26,118 bases of DNA from positions 1 to 26,118 of IMG/VR virus record IMGVR_UViG_3300031565_004791; one strand, written 5' to 3'. Below are positions 15,300 to 24,036 of this stretch, in pieces (position 1 is the first letter of the stretch; every line of letters starts with the position of its first letter). Source of the stretch: a virus. Its lineage: Duplodnaviria; Caudoviricetes. The position numbers and the translations under genes are program-made. The notes under the pieces are model-generated. The model saw only the letters and a list, made by a program, of their open reading frames with translations. It was not told the DNA's origin and ran no database searches.

Positions 15300-16234
15300 A
15301 CGTCGATGTCCTCGCCGTTCAGCAGTCGCGAGTATTGCTCGGGCGTGAGCTGCGACGAGTGGATGCGCTTCTTCGGCGCTGCACCCGCTGCCGGGCGTCC
15401 CCCATTGGGCTTCGGGCGCGTCGCGTTTCGGTGTGCTTTGGCCTTCTCGATGTCCTGTTGACGCACCGCGTCGAGCTTGTCGCCGAGGAGCGCACGCAGT
15501 TGGTCCGGGCTCATGTCGCCGAGAAGCGAGCGGCTGTGCGTCGTCATCTCCTCGCGCACGACCTGCACGGCGTCCTCCACCGTGAAGCTGCGGTCGCCCG
15601 CGTCGAAGGCCGCGGCGAGCACCTTGGCCACCTCGGACATCATGCGCTGGCTCTTGGGCAGCCCGGCGCTTTCGAGGCCCTTGCTGATGCTCTCGATGTA
15701 CTTGGCGCGCTCGCGCTTCTCGGCCGCGGACGCCGCCGCTTCCTCGCGCTGGCGCTTCTCGGCTGCCTCGCGGTCGGCAAGGGCCTTTTCGCGCGCCGCG
15801 AGGGCGCGCTCGCGCTTGACGTCCTCCGGCGTGCGCTCCTCGGCCTCGATGAGCTCGCGGAGCTGCCTCGGGTTCACCCCGAGGTGCTGCGCCACGGCGA
15901 GGAGCCCGGCGGGGTCGCGCACGGTGTCGAGGAGCTCCCGCACCTGCGCCTTTTCGGCCTCGGTCTCTTTGCGGAGCCGCGCGGCCTCTTCCATGCGCTT
16001 ATGGCTGGCGCTGCGGAGAGTGTAGTCCCGGAGCGCGTCGCGGGCCTTGATGCGCCTCTGCTCGCCGTCAACGGTGACGGTGACGAAGCGGTCGAGATCC
16101 GCCTCGGTCAGTTCGCCGGTCTCGAGCGCCTCGCGAATCTCGGTCGCGGCCGTCTGCGCGGTTGGCGCGCCGCCTGTCGGTGCCGCGGTGCCTTGCGGCT
16201 CTGCGCCGCCTTCGGTGAATCCCTCGTCGCTCAT
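15296..16234 (-). CDS. Capsid scaffolding protein (312 aa)
   Basis: Between portal and MCP; acidic N-terminus, VTVTVDGEQRRI motif, long charged coiled coils, basic/Pro-rich C-terminal tail; GAGGAGGG RBS. Confidence 0.8.
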   Translation of the reverse strand: MSDEGFTEGGAEPQGTAAPTGGAPTAQTAATEIREALETGELTEADLDRFVTVTVDGEQRRIKARDALRDYTLRSASHKRMEEAARLRKETEAEKAQVRELLDTVRDPAGLLAVAQHLGVNPRQLRELIEAEERTPEDVKRERALAAREKALADREAAEKRQREEAAASAAEKRERAKYIESISKGLESAGLPKSQRMMSEVAKVLAAAFDAGDRSFTVEDAVQVVREEMTTHSRSLLGDMSPDQLRALLGDKLDAVRQQDIEKAKAHRNATRPKPNGGRPAAGAAPKKRIHSSQLTPEQYSRLLNGEDIDV

Positions 16235-16244
16235 TCGTCCCTCC

Positions 16245-18311
16245 TCACATTCCCTGTCCGGCCTGCGGGTCGTACGGGGCTTCCTGCCCCGGAACCGTCG
16301 GCATGTTCGGCATGTTCACGCCCGCTTGTGCGGCGAGCGGGTCCTCCGGCACGTCCTGTAGCGGCGCCTGCTGGCCGCCACCCGGATTGCCGCCCGGCAT
16401 GGGCGCGCCACCTGCGTCCGGGGGCTGCATCCCGCCACCCGCGTCGGGCCACGGCGGCAAGCCGATGAGGCCCAGCATGCCGGGATTGCCCACGGTGAGC
16501 TGCTGCCACATCTCGATGTGAAGCTGGATGTGGTCGAGCACGACCGACGTGAGCTCTTCGTTCTCGCGGTTCTCCGGCTCGTCGAGCAGCGCGAAATGCG
16601 CCTCGATGTGGTCGGCATGGTGGTCGGTGAGGAGTACGCGCGCGGGCTTGCCCTGGCACAGCAGGTCGTTCTCCGAGAGGATGCCGCGGAGCTTCGTGTC
16701 CGGACGGTCCAGCAGCGGCTCGTAGCGGCCCGTGCTGAGCATCTGGAGATACTGCTCGGGCCGCTGGAAGACCTGGCGCTCCAGGAACTTGTCCGCGATG
16801 TCCATCCGGCCGCTCGACGTGCGCATGATCGCGTTCCCCGTGTCCACCGCGATGCGCCGAATGCCTGCCACATCCTGTCCGCGGAAGTCGCGCACCCATG
16901 CGCCACCGCGAGGGCCAGCGACGGCAACGAGCCGGGGCTTCGTCATGTACCGACGTGCGCAGTCGAGCCAATGCGTGCCGATGCGCTCGTAAAGCATCGC
17001 GTATGCCGACTGAAGCCCGCTGTTGTACTGCACGGCCATGCTGTGAATCAGCGCCGCCATCGCGCCGCTCTTGACGTTCGCGTCAGGCTGCCCGCGCGCG
17101 ACGTCGTTGATACCGCTGATGCTCTCCATGTAGCTGCCGATCATCTCGGCAAATTTCATCGACGGCCCAAGGTCCGGCATGAGGTCCACGAGCTCCGGCT
17201 TCGCCGTCGACTCCCAGTGCGTCATCCCGTTGGAAAGCTCCTTGGTGTCGAGCCCCGAGCCGCGCGGCGTCCACACGTTGCGGAGGGCGCCCGCGTCGTG
17301 GCATGTGGCAATCGCGCTCACGACCGAGTCGAGCACGTCCTGTAGGCCCATGAGGTCCCACGCGGTCGTGTAGCCGAACGCGGTCTTCGTCTCGATGTCC
17401 GGCCGCATCGCCATGCACGGGATGACGTCGTACGGCAGCGGCCCGTCGAAGAGCACCGTGTCCCCGACGACCATCGCAAAACGGCCCTGCGGCATGGCCG
17501 GCGTACGCGCGTGGTAGAACTCGAGCGCACTGATGCGGTCGGGCTGCTCGCGCTCCTCGCGGCTGAACAGGTCCACCGTGAGCTGCGGGGCCGCGGGTGC
17601 GGAGCGGATGGCCTCGGCTGCGTCCGGGTACTGCGCGAGCAGGTCCCACCGGCTGACGCGCGTGTGCACCGCGAGCCAGTCTTCATCCTCGACGCTGGCA
17701 TCGTGCGAGGGGTCGCGGATGACGTCGAGCGGCATGACGGCGCGCGCGGTGATGTCGCCCTGGTAGATGACGCGGTCCACGAGCTCGCCCGTGCTCTCGT
17801 CCTCGACCTGCTCGACCTCGATGGGCTCGCCGCGCTCGGGGTCCCACGTGACGAGCACCCAGCCCTCGCCGTAGCGTAGCGCGAAGCGGTCGGCCTCCTG
17901 CATGGCCCTCTCGAGCTTGTGCTCTTCGAGGTAATACTCGAAGACTTGCTCGGCCATGCGCGCGGCGGTCTGACTCGACGCGCTCGCGTTGATGCCGCGA
18001 GCGTTCAGCGTCGGGCGCGTGCCGGTGATGAGCACGTGGGTGTGCTCCAGCAGGCTGCGGAACTGGTTGCTGCGGACGAGCACGGTCTCGCCCTGCTGGC
18101 CGCCGTAGCCGACGCGGTCGCTCGACATAGTCGGGTCGTCGGAGCGGCCGAAGAAGAGGTTGTGCGCGTGCTGCCACCGCTCTAGGAAGCCGCTCTGCTG
18201 CACGTACTCCAGGTAGCGCGACCACGCGCGGTTCAGGCGCGCGGGCAGCTCCTCGGTGGGGCTCGCGCACCAGTACCAATCAAGGCCCGCTCCGGGCTGG
18301 TCAGTCGCCAT
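16245..18311 (-). CDS. Portal protein (688 aa)
   Basis: After TerL; motifs ALRYGEGWVLVTWDP, MESISGINDVARG...SGAMAAL, Pro/Gln/Gly-rich disordered tail typical of P22-like podophage portals. Confidence 0.85.
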   Translation of the reverse strand: MATDQPGAGLDWYWCASPTEELPARLNRAWSRYLEYVQQSGFLERWQHAHNLFFGRSDDPTMSSDRVGYGGQQGETVLVRSNQFRSLLEHTHVLITGTRPTLNARGINASASSQTAARMAEQVFEYYLEEHKLERAMQEADRFALRYGEGWVLVTWDPERGEPIEVEQVEDESTGELVDRVIYQGDITARAVMPLDVIRDPSHDASVEDEDWLAVHTRVSRWDLLAQYPDAAEAIRSAPAAPQLTVDLFSREEREQPDRISALEFYHARTPAMPQGRFAMVVGDTVLFDGPLPYDVIPCMAMRPDIETKTAFGYTTAWDLMGLQDVLDSVVSAIATCHDAGALRNVWTPRGSGLDTKELSNGMTHWESTAKPELVDLMPDLGPSMKFAEMIGSYMESISGINDVARGQPDANVKSGAMAALIHSMAVQYNSGLQSAYAMLYERIGTHWLDCARRYMTKPRLVAVAGPRGGAWVRDFRGQDVAGIRRIAVDTGNAIMRTSSGRMDIADKFLERQVFQRPEQYLQMLSTGRYEPLLDRPDTKLRGILSENDLLCQGKPARVLLTDHHADHIEAHFALLDEPENRENEELTSVVLDHIQLHIEMWQQLTVGNPGMLGLIGLPPWPDAGGGMQPPDAGGAPMPGGNPGGGQQAPLQDVPEDPLAAQAGVNMPNMPTVPGQEAPYDPQAGQGM

Positions 18312-18636
18312 TGTCCGCGTCCTCCGCGTAGACCTGCGTATGCACCGTCAGGTCGATGGTCTTGCCGTGCAGCGCGTCCGGCGACTCCGTGACCCACACG
18401 GCGCCGATGGTGGCCACACACTCAGGCTCTTCGCCCTCTGGCACATCGTCGCGCGCCACGCTGGACACGCAGAGCTCCACGCCCTTGCGGCCGTCCGTGA
18501 GGTGGCGCCAGTAGATGCGCTCGCGCAAGGTCTCGTCGGTCTCGATGGCAGCCTCGCGCATGGCCACGAGCTCGTGCTCGCAAGCCATTTGCACCATGAG
18601 CCGGGCCCGCTCCTCGTTGGATTCTCCGAAGATCAT
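18301..18636 (-). CDS. Hypothetical acidic protein (111 aa) between TerL and portal
   Basis: ATGA overlap with terL stop, GGAGGA RBS; overlaps portal start by 11 nt. Confidence 0.6.
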   Translation of the reverse strand: MIFGESNEERARLMVQMACEHELVAMREAAIETDETLRERIYWRHLTDGRKGVELCVSSVARDDVPEGEEPECVATIGAVWVTESPDALHGKTIDLTVHTQVYAEDADNGD

Positions 18637-20069
18637 CGTCGTCGTCCTCCCCCCAATGCTTGCTCAAGCTTCCCGCTGGTACTCTTCTCGTGAATGACGT
18701 CGTGCCGCACGAACGCGTCCCCATGCTGCAAGTGCCGTGGGACATTCGGGTATGGTGACTCACTGCGGTCGACGTGGCGATGCGCGTACATGCTCTGCGC
18801 AATGCCGTCGAAGTGCCCGAGCCCGCCGCTCCGCGCGAAGCTGCTGCGCTGGTCGTTCCATACGCCGCCGCCCATGTGGGCGGTGGTAACGGTGCAGTCT
18901 GGGTGCCACGCGACCGAGCCCTCGGCGCACGCGATGCGCAAGGCGTTGACGGCAGGTTGGAGCCGGTCGCGGTTCGTCGGGGCCCATCGCTGACCGTGGT
19001 AGATCACGAAGTCGTTGATGACGATCTCACTCTCCCGCGTCGCCGTGCTCTGCGAGCTGTTAGGGTCGCCCCACCGCTCGTGAGGCTCGCGGCCCCACAG
19101 CATGAGCTCCTTCGCTGCGACGGCCGGCGCGATGACGTTCGTGCCTTGGTTGCGGAACACGAGCTCGTCGCGCTGGTACAGCACGTCGTCGTCGAAATGG
19201 TGCTCCCAGAAGCCGATCACGGACATATCGGAGAAGCCGAAGTCGGCCACCGTGAAGCAGCGGAAGTGAATCGGCATCGCCCGCACGTGGACGAGCAAGT
19301 CTCGGCGCTGCGAGAACTCCGGCACGATGGCGCGCGACTCTTCGACGATGCGTTCGCACATGTACTCGCGGCGCCACTCGGTCGTTTCTTCGCCGCCCGA
19401 CTCGCGCTTGAACTCCTCGACGGTCTCAGGCGACAGGTGCGGTGCGTCGTAGACCGTTTTCACCCGCAGGCGCCCGGCCTCCTCGGCCTCGCGGCAGTAG
19501 CGCGCGACGAAGGGGTGCTCTGGCGAGCGACTCGGTGTGCTCGGCATGATGAGCTTGCCGCCCGTCGTCATGAGCTGCGGAAGCACGACCGACTGCACGA
19601 CGTAGTCGAGCTCAGTCATGAAGCCGGCCTCGTCGAGAATGGCGAGGTCTGCGGCGCGTCCGCGGAGGCGGTTGGCGTTCGTGCTGTCGGTGCCGGCGAG
19701 CTGGATCGTCGAGCCGTTGGGGAACGACCACCGGAGCTTTTGGCTGTTGAACTTCGGACGCAGGTCGTCCGGGCACTCGGACATCACGTCTTCGAGATGC
19801 GGAACCATGATGCCCTCAGCGTCCTTTTGCGTCGGCGCCGCTAGCAGAGTGCGGGAGCCCGGCTTCGAGAGCGCCATCTCGATGGACATCACGCACGACA
19901 GGAAGCTCTTTCCCCACCGACGCGAGCACAAGATGACCTGTCGTCGCGCGGGCTCTTCGTGGACCATGCGCCGCAACTCCAGCTGCCCGTCGTGCAGCAG
20001 GTAACGCAGGTCGCCCGCGTGCCACGCGGCCTCGATGAGCGCCTCGGTGCTGACAGCTGCGAGGCTCAC
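18633..20069 (-). CDS. terL: Terminase large subunit (478 aa)
   Basis: Walker A CSRRWGKS, LRG...Walker B LAILDEAG, motif III PSTP, WRREYMCE linker, RNase H-like nuclease ADFGFSD. Confidence 0.92.
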   Translation of the reverse strand: MSLAAVSTEALIEAAWHAGDLRYLLHDGQLELRRMVHEEPARRQVILCSRRWGKSFLSCVMSIEMALSKPGSRTLLAAPTQKDAEGIMVPHLEDVMSECPDDLRPKFNSQKLRWSFPNGSTIQLAGTDSTNANRLRGRAADLAILDEAGFMTELDYVVQSVVLPQLMTTGGKLIMPSTPSRSPEHPFVARYCREAEEAGRLRVKTVYDAPHLSPETVEEFKRESGGEETTEWRREYMCERIVEESRAIVPEFSQRRDLLVHVRAMPIHFRCFTVADFGFSDMSVIGFWEHHFDDDVLYQRDELVFRNQGTNVIAPAVAAKELMLWGREPHERWGDPNSSQSTATRESEIVINDFVIYHGQRWAPTNRDRLQPAVNALRIACAEGSVAWHPDCTVTTAHMGGGVWNDQRSSFARSGGLGHFDGIAQSMYAHRHVDRSESPYPNVPRHLQHGDAFVRHDVIHEKSTSGKLEQALGGGRRR

Positions 20070-20299
20070 CGCCGCTTCCCGATGCTGCCGAGCTCCACGT
20101 CGGTGCGGAGCCTCTTAAGGTCCGCTTCAAGCGCCTCGACGTGGCTCGCGCTGGCCTTCGCCTTGAGCTTGTCGAGGATGTCCATCAGCCCCGCGCGCAG
20201 CTCCTCGAGCTCATCCACGCGACGCAGCGCCAGCGTCCGGCGGTACGCGTCCCAGGCGAGCGCCGCGACGAGCACGAGGGCCACGGCGAGCGCGGTCAC
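20066..20299 (-). CDS. Hypothetical protein, N-terminal TM helix + coiled coil (77 aa)
   Basis: MTALAVALVLVAALAWDAY hydrophobic N-terminus; GTGA overlaps at both ends. Confidence 0.6.
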   Translation of the reverse strand: MTALAVALVLVAALAWDAYRRTLALRRVDELEELRAGLMDILDKLKAKASASHVEALEADLKRLRTDVELGSIGKRR

Positions 20300-20562
20300 T
20301 CAGCGCCCCACGCGTCCCGCTCGATGGCGTCGTAGAGGTGCGCGAGCGCCACGATGCGCTCCTCGGGTGCGCGGCTGATGACCGTCTCCTCGCCGTCCTC
20401 GACGCGCACCACGTGGAAGGTCCACGGCTCGCGGGTGTCGCGCCGGAGCCCGTAGCTGTGCGCCGGCCAGTAGATGCCCGGCCGGGCGTTCTCGTGCTCG
20501 GCCACTGCCTCGGCCTTCGTCGTCGCTTCGTTCCGCATTCGTCGTCGCTCCCTCCGGCTCAT
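20296..20562 (-). CDS. Hypothetical protein (88 aa)
   Basis: ATGA overlap with terS-like gene and GTGA overlap with next gene. Confidence 0.6.
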   Translation of the reverse strand: MSRRERRRMRNEATTKAEAVAEHENARPGIYWPAHSYGLRRDTREPWTFHVVRVEDGEETVISRAPEERIVALAHLYDAIERDAWGAE

Positions 20563-21041
20563 GAGCCCTCGCCCTCGCTTCGTCGCCGCCGCAGTTCCGC
20601 CAGCGCATCGTCTGCTGCGATGACCACTGTGGCCACCTGCTGTTGAGCCGCCGCCGCCTCACCCCGCTCGGTCGCGCCGTCGAGGCGCTGGAGCAGGTCC
20701 TGTGCGGCCTGGAACCGAATCTTCTCGTCGTCCGCTCGGGTCGCGAGGTCAATCATAGAACGCATCGCGACCTTGGCGCCAAGGATGAGCCCGTCCGCGA
20801 CTTCCGCGTGCATCGCCTGGCGAATCTGCTGCCAAGCCGTCGAGAAGTCGGGCTCTTTGCGCCAGCGGTAGAGCGTCTCCCGTCGCACTCCTGCGGCCTT
20901 GGCGGCGTCGTCGTAGGACTCGCCACGAGCAAGAGCGGCGAGCGCGACCAGCTTTTCAGCGCTCAGCGTGGCATCTTGTGGCACAGATTGGGCCACGGGG
21001 CCGGGGTTCGGATCGGGCTTGTCCGGCGTATCGCGCTTCAT
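20559..21041 (-). CDS. terS: Terminase small subunit-like HTH protein (160 aa)
   Basis: HTH LARGESYDDAAKAAGVRRETLYRWRKEPDF followed by oligomerisation-type helices (EKIRFQAAQDLLQR); AAGGAGG RBS; upstream of terL. Confidence 0.7.
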   Translation of the reverse strand: MKRDTPDKPDPNPGPVAQSVPQDATLSAEKLVALAALARGESYDDAAKAAGVRRETLYRWRKEPDFSTAWQQIRQAMHAEVADGLILGAKVAMRSMIDLATRADDEKIRFQAAQDLLQRLDGATERGEAAAAQQQVATVVIAADDALAELRRRRSEGEGS

Positions 21042-21053
21042 CGCGAGGCCTCC

Positions 21054-21149
21054 TTAGCGCCAGTTTGCGCCAAGCTGGGCGCGGCGTCCAGTCCGAGCAT
21101 TACGCGCGTGCGGTCGCTGGCCTCCCACGCACACCTCGTTCGGCGTCAT
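21054..21149 (-). CDS. Possible micro-ORF (31 aa)
   Basis: GGAGG RBS and ATGA overlap; TAA abuts the terS RBS; no recognisable motif. Confidence 0.3.
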   Translation of the reverse strand: MTPNEVCVGGQRPHARNARTGRRAQLGANWR

Positions 21150-21235
21150 CGCATCCTCCATCGCACGTAGTCGCAGACCGCGAGCACGTAGCCCACGGGC
21201 CGCACGAAGCCGTTCCACACGAGCCAGCCGATCAT
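21146..21235 (-). CDS. Possible hydrophobic micro-ORF (29 aa, MIGWLVWNGFVRPVGYVLAVCDYVRWRMR)
   Basis: ATGA overlap with rusA stop, GGAGG upstream; ATGA overlap at its own stop. Confidence 0.4.
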   Translation of the reverse strand: MIGWLVWNGFVRPVGYVLAVCDYVRWRMR

Positions 21236-21612
21236 GCGCCCTCCCCCATTTCGACCGTCACGATCGTGCATTCCGCCTCACCCTCGCCCGGCCGCCGCTT
21301 CACCGCCCGGAGCTCCACCACGCGCCGGTCGTCGTCCCAGAGGATGCCGTTTCCGGAGTCCATGACCATCTTCGCGAGGTTGTCTCCGTCCGGCACCGCG
21401 TCCGGCTTGCGGTTGCGCACGAACGCGAGCGTCAGCCTGACGGGTCCGGTCGCAGGCTGCCACCGCGCCGCAAGCGCGGCCGCTTGGAGCGAGGCGCGCG
21501 CGTGAGCCTTGGCCGCCCGCATCTTGGCGCTCGTGAGAGTGCGGCCGTTGTGTACCGTGGCCCGCTCCCACGACGCGGGCGGCCCTGGGATGACCGCGTG
21601 CAGGGTGCTCAT
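21232..21612 (-). CDS. rusA: RusA-family Holliday junction resolvase (126 aa)
   Basis: Start ATG 21612 (MSTLHAVIPGPP); GPVRLTL and PDGDNLAKMVMDSGNGILWDDDRRVVEL catalytic signature. Confidence 0.88.
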   Translation of the reverse strand: MSTLHAVIPGPPASWERATVHNGRTLTSAKMRAAKAHARASLQAAALAARWQPATGPVRLTLAFVRNRKPDAVPDGDNLAKMVMDSGNGILWDDDRRVVELRAVKRRPGEGEAECTIVTVEMGEGA

Positions 21613-21812
21613 CGCACCCTCCTCGGTTTCTTCGCACCCGTCTCCGCGGCCGCACGCGCCCGTGTGAGCGCCTCCAGCCTCGGACCGTAGGCTGACGCCC
21701 CGCACGCCGGGCAGAGCCGCCACACGCGACCGTAGGCCCACGGAAAGGCCCAATCGGCGCCCACGGGGAACGGAGCGGTGGTATCGCAGGTCGCGCAGGT
21801 CGCCTCGGTCAC
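21609..21812 (-). CDS. Small zinc-finger-like protein (67 aa)
   Basis: GTGA-coupled start; CATC...CPAC (two CxxC); ATGA overlap with rusA. Confidence 0.55.
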   Translation of the reverse strand: MTEATCATCDTTAPFPVGADWAFPWAYGRVWRLCPACGASAYGPRLEALTRARAAAETGAKKPRRVR

Positions 21813-22729
21813 ATCGCCCTCGCGGCCGCCGGGATCGCATCCTTCGTCAACTCCGCCCATCGTGCCACGACGAAGCCGAGCCGCCACACAAGCGGCTTGC
21901 CTCGGAAGTCCGGCGCGTGCGATGCGTCGTAGAGCTCCCCAAAGCGCCGCATGGCGCCCATCGCGATCGACCGCGCCGCTCGCCCATGGTCGTCCCAGCC
22001 GCGAGCCTCGGACATCTCCGGGGCCAGCTCGAGGACGCGTCGCTCGATGCTCTCGACGTGGGTCAGGTCCCGGCGTCGGTCTGCGTCGGTCGGTCGCATG
22101 CCGCGGGCTCGGCTGACGGCCAGCCATGCTCGCCATGGGAGCTCGAGGCTGCTCACGGTGTCGTACTCGCCGAGGGGGTCCGGGCAGTCGATCGAAGAGC
22201 CCGGTCGCGCACGGGCGCGCGGAGAGTGCGTAGCACTCTCTCTCCTCTCCTCTCCTCTCCTCTCCTCTGTCCGAGTGGTATTGAACGATTGCATAGACTT
22301 AGCTTCGTCACCAGATCCGTCAGAGGTCACGCAGAGGTCCGTCAGAGGCTCGGCAGAGGATCCGCAGAGGTCCGTCAGAGGCTCGGCAGAGGACGACAGA
22401 GGCTTCGCAGAGGCTCGCTTCCGGGCCGTCTTCGTGGTCGCCCCTTCGGCCTGGTAGCGGTCCCATCCTGGCAGGCTGGCGACTCCATGGCTCACCACGA
22501 TGCACCCGTCCGAAAGGAGCTCCTCGACACACCGGCGCACGATGCGGCGCTCATGCCTCTCGACGCCAAGACGGCGACACACCTCGTCGCCAAGCGGCCG
22601 CCCTCCGAGCGTCATCGTGCCGTCGTCCTCCACGAGCTCGGTGAAGATCTCGCGGAACACCGCCCGCGTCAGCGGCGATAGCAGCGCGAAACTCCCAGTG
22701 GCCCGCCACGACCGACGCCACGGCTTCAT
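21809..22729 (-). CDS. Replication initiator (lambda O / replisome-organiser-like), 306 aa
   Basis: N-terminal winged-helix-like region ending LPGWDRYQ; repeat-encoded linker; EERRGEERRE tract; adjacent to DnaB. Confidence 0.7.
   Translation of the reverse strand: MKPWRRSWRATGSFALLSPLTRAVFREIFTELVEDDGTMTLGGRPLGDEVCRRLGVERHERRIVRRCVEELLSDGCIVVSHGVASLPGWDRYQAEGATTKTARKRASAKPLSSSAEPLTDLCGSSAEPLTDLCVTSDGSGDEAKSMQSFNTTRTEERRGEERRESATHSPRARARPGSSIDCPDPLGEYDTVSSLELPWRAWLAVSRARGMRPTDADRRRDLTHVESIERRVLELAPEMSEARGWDDHGRAARSIAMGAMRRFGELYDASHAPDFRGKPLVWRLGFVVARWAELTKDAIPAAARAM
22236..22413. repeat. Putative replication origin: nine phased CAGAGG repeats, AT-richer patch and polypyrimidine tract
   Basis: CAGAGG at 22321, 22332, 22343, 22354, 22365, 22376, 22387, 22397, 22408; 30-bp exact repeat 22331-22360/22364-22393; (TCTCC)5 at 22241-22265. 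Confidence 0.75.
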
Positions 22730-24036
22730 GACCCAGACTCCTCGTCAAAGACGTCGGCGCGGTCGCTTTTCTTGTCGAGCGGGCGCAGCTGCGTGATCGA
22801 GCCGCCATCGTCGCGGATGAGCGCCACGCGTGGGCGCTTGGGGCTGTCCTTGAGCTTCGCCACCTTCGCGAGGGCGTCGGCGCCTTCGTGGTCGCCATCG
22901 CGCCAGATGAGCACGATCCCCTCGGCCATGTTCTCGACGTCGCCAGAGCCCTTGATGTCGAACATCGTGGGTTCGCGGTGCTTCTTGTTCTCCGGCCGCG
23001 AGAGCTGCGAGACGAGGATCACCGGCACCTTCGCCACCTTCGCGACGCGCTTGCAGGCTCGCGCGGCGTTCGTCAGTCGCTCACGCTCCGACACGCCCTT
23101 ACGCTCCATAGTGCGGTCGGTGATCTCTTGCAGGTAGTCCACGACGATCAGCCCGCACGACTGCGCCAGCCGCTTTGCGTAGCGCGCCACGTGTGAGACG
23201 TCGTTGTCTTCGAGGATCGCGTAGTGAATCGGATCGTCGATCTTCAGCCGGTCGGCCGCGCTCACGACCGAGTCCATGTCGTTGCGTGAGAGCTGAGGTT
23301 TCGAGAGGTCGACCTTGGCTTGATGCGCGACCATGCGTCGGCCCCACACGGCTTCGCGGTCCTCGACCGAGACGATGCCCACGCGCGCGCCGTACTGCGC
23401 CCACCATCGCAGCGCCATCCACAGCGCGAGCGAGCTCTTGCCGGCGTTCGTCTCGCCCGCGATCACAATGAGGTTGCCGGGCGCCATGTGGTCGCCGAGT
23501 GGCGTGAACGCGCCGAGGTCCAGCCCGCGATTGTCGCGCTTGCGAAACACGTCCTCCATCGCAGCAGCCACGACGTCGGGCGTGGTGCGCAGCCACGGAT
23601 ACCCAGTCGCGTCCGCGTTGCTCGTCGCGGTCTCGGCGAGCGACTGCACGGCCTGGATGCACGCATCAACGTCGCCGCCATCAATGAGGGCCACGGCTTC
23701 GAGCAGCGGCTCCCGAAGGCGTCGAATGCGCGAGAGCCCACGAAGGTGCTCCACAGCCCCGGACACGGCCGCAAGAGGCGTGGCGTCGCCCTGTAGCAGT
23801 CGCACTGCCGTTCTCACAGCCTCGTCTTGTCGCTTCGCTCGCAGCGCCTCGATGACGCGCTCGGATGCCGGCATGGCCCCGGACTCGCCCAGGTCGAGGA
23901 TGGCCGCGAGCACGTCACGGTGCGCGGGGATGGCCAGGTCGTCCGGCCGGAGCTCGCCGAGCCGACGCCACGAAGGCGGAGCGGCGAGCACGTAGCGAAG
24001 CACGCTCGCTTCGAGCGACGAGTCGTGGTCGTTCAC
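22726..24036 (-). CDS. dnaB: DnaB-like replicative helicase (436 aa)
   Basis: GTG 24036 with GAGG RBS and GTGA overlap; Walker A AGETNAGKS, IVVDYLQ, VILVSQLSR, DIKGSGDVENMAEGIVLIWR; DnaB-type N-domain (LEASVL...LRPDDL..PAHRDV). Confidence 0.9.
   Translation of the reverse strand: MNDHDSSLEASVLRYVLAAPPSWRRLGELRPDDLAIPAHRDVLAAILDLGESGAMPASERVIEALRAKRQDEAVRTAVRLLQGDATPLAAVSGAVEHLRGLSRIRRLREPLLEAVALIDGGDVDACIQAVQSLAETATSNADATGYPWLRTTPDVVAAAMEDVFRKRDNRGLDLGAFTPLGDHMAPGNLIVIAGETNAGKSSLALWMALRWWAQYGARVGIVSVEDREAVWGRRMVAHQAKVDLSKPQLSRNDMDSVVSAADRLKIDDPIHYAILEDNDVSHVARYAKRLAQSCGLIVVDYLQEITDRTMERKGVSERERLTNAARACKRVAKVAKVPVILVSQLSRPENKKHREPTMFDIKGSGDVENMAEGIVLIWRDGDHEGADALAKVAKLKDSPKRPRVALIRDDGGSITQLRPLDKKSDRADVFDEESGS

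Noticed and set aside
22236-22268. (TCTCC)n as a phase-variable microsatellite
   Set aside because: It lies in frame, encoding EERRGEERRE, a common feature of phage initiator linkers; slippage would break a probably essential gene
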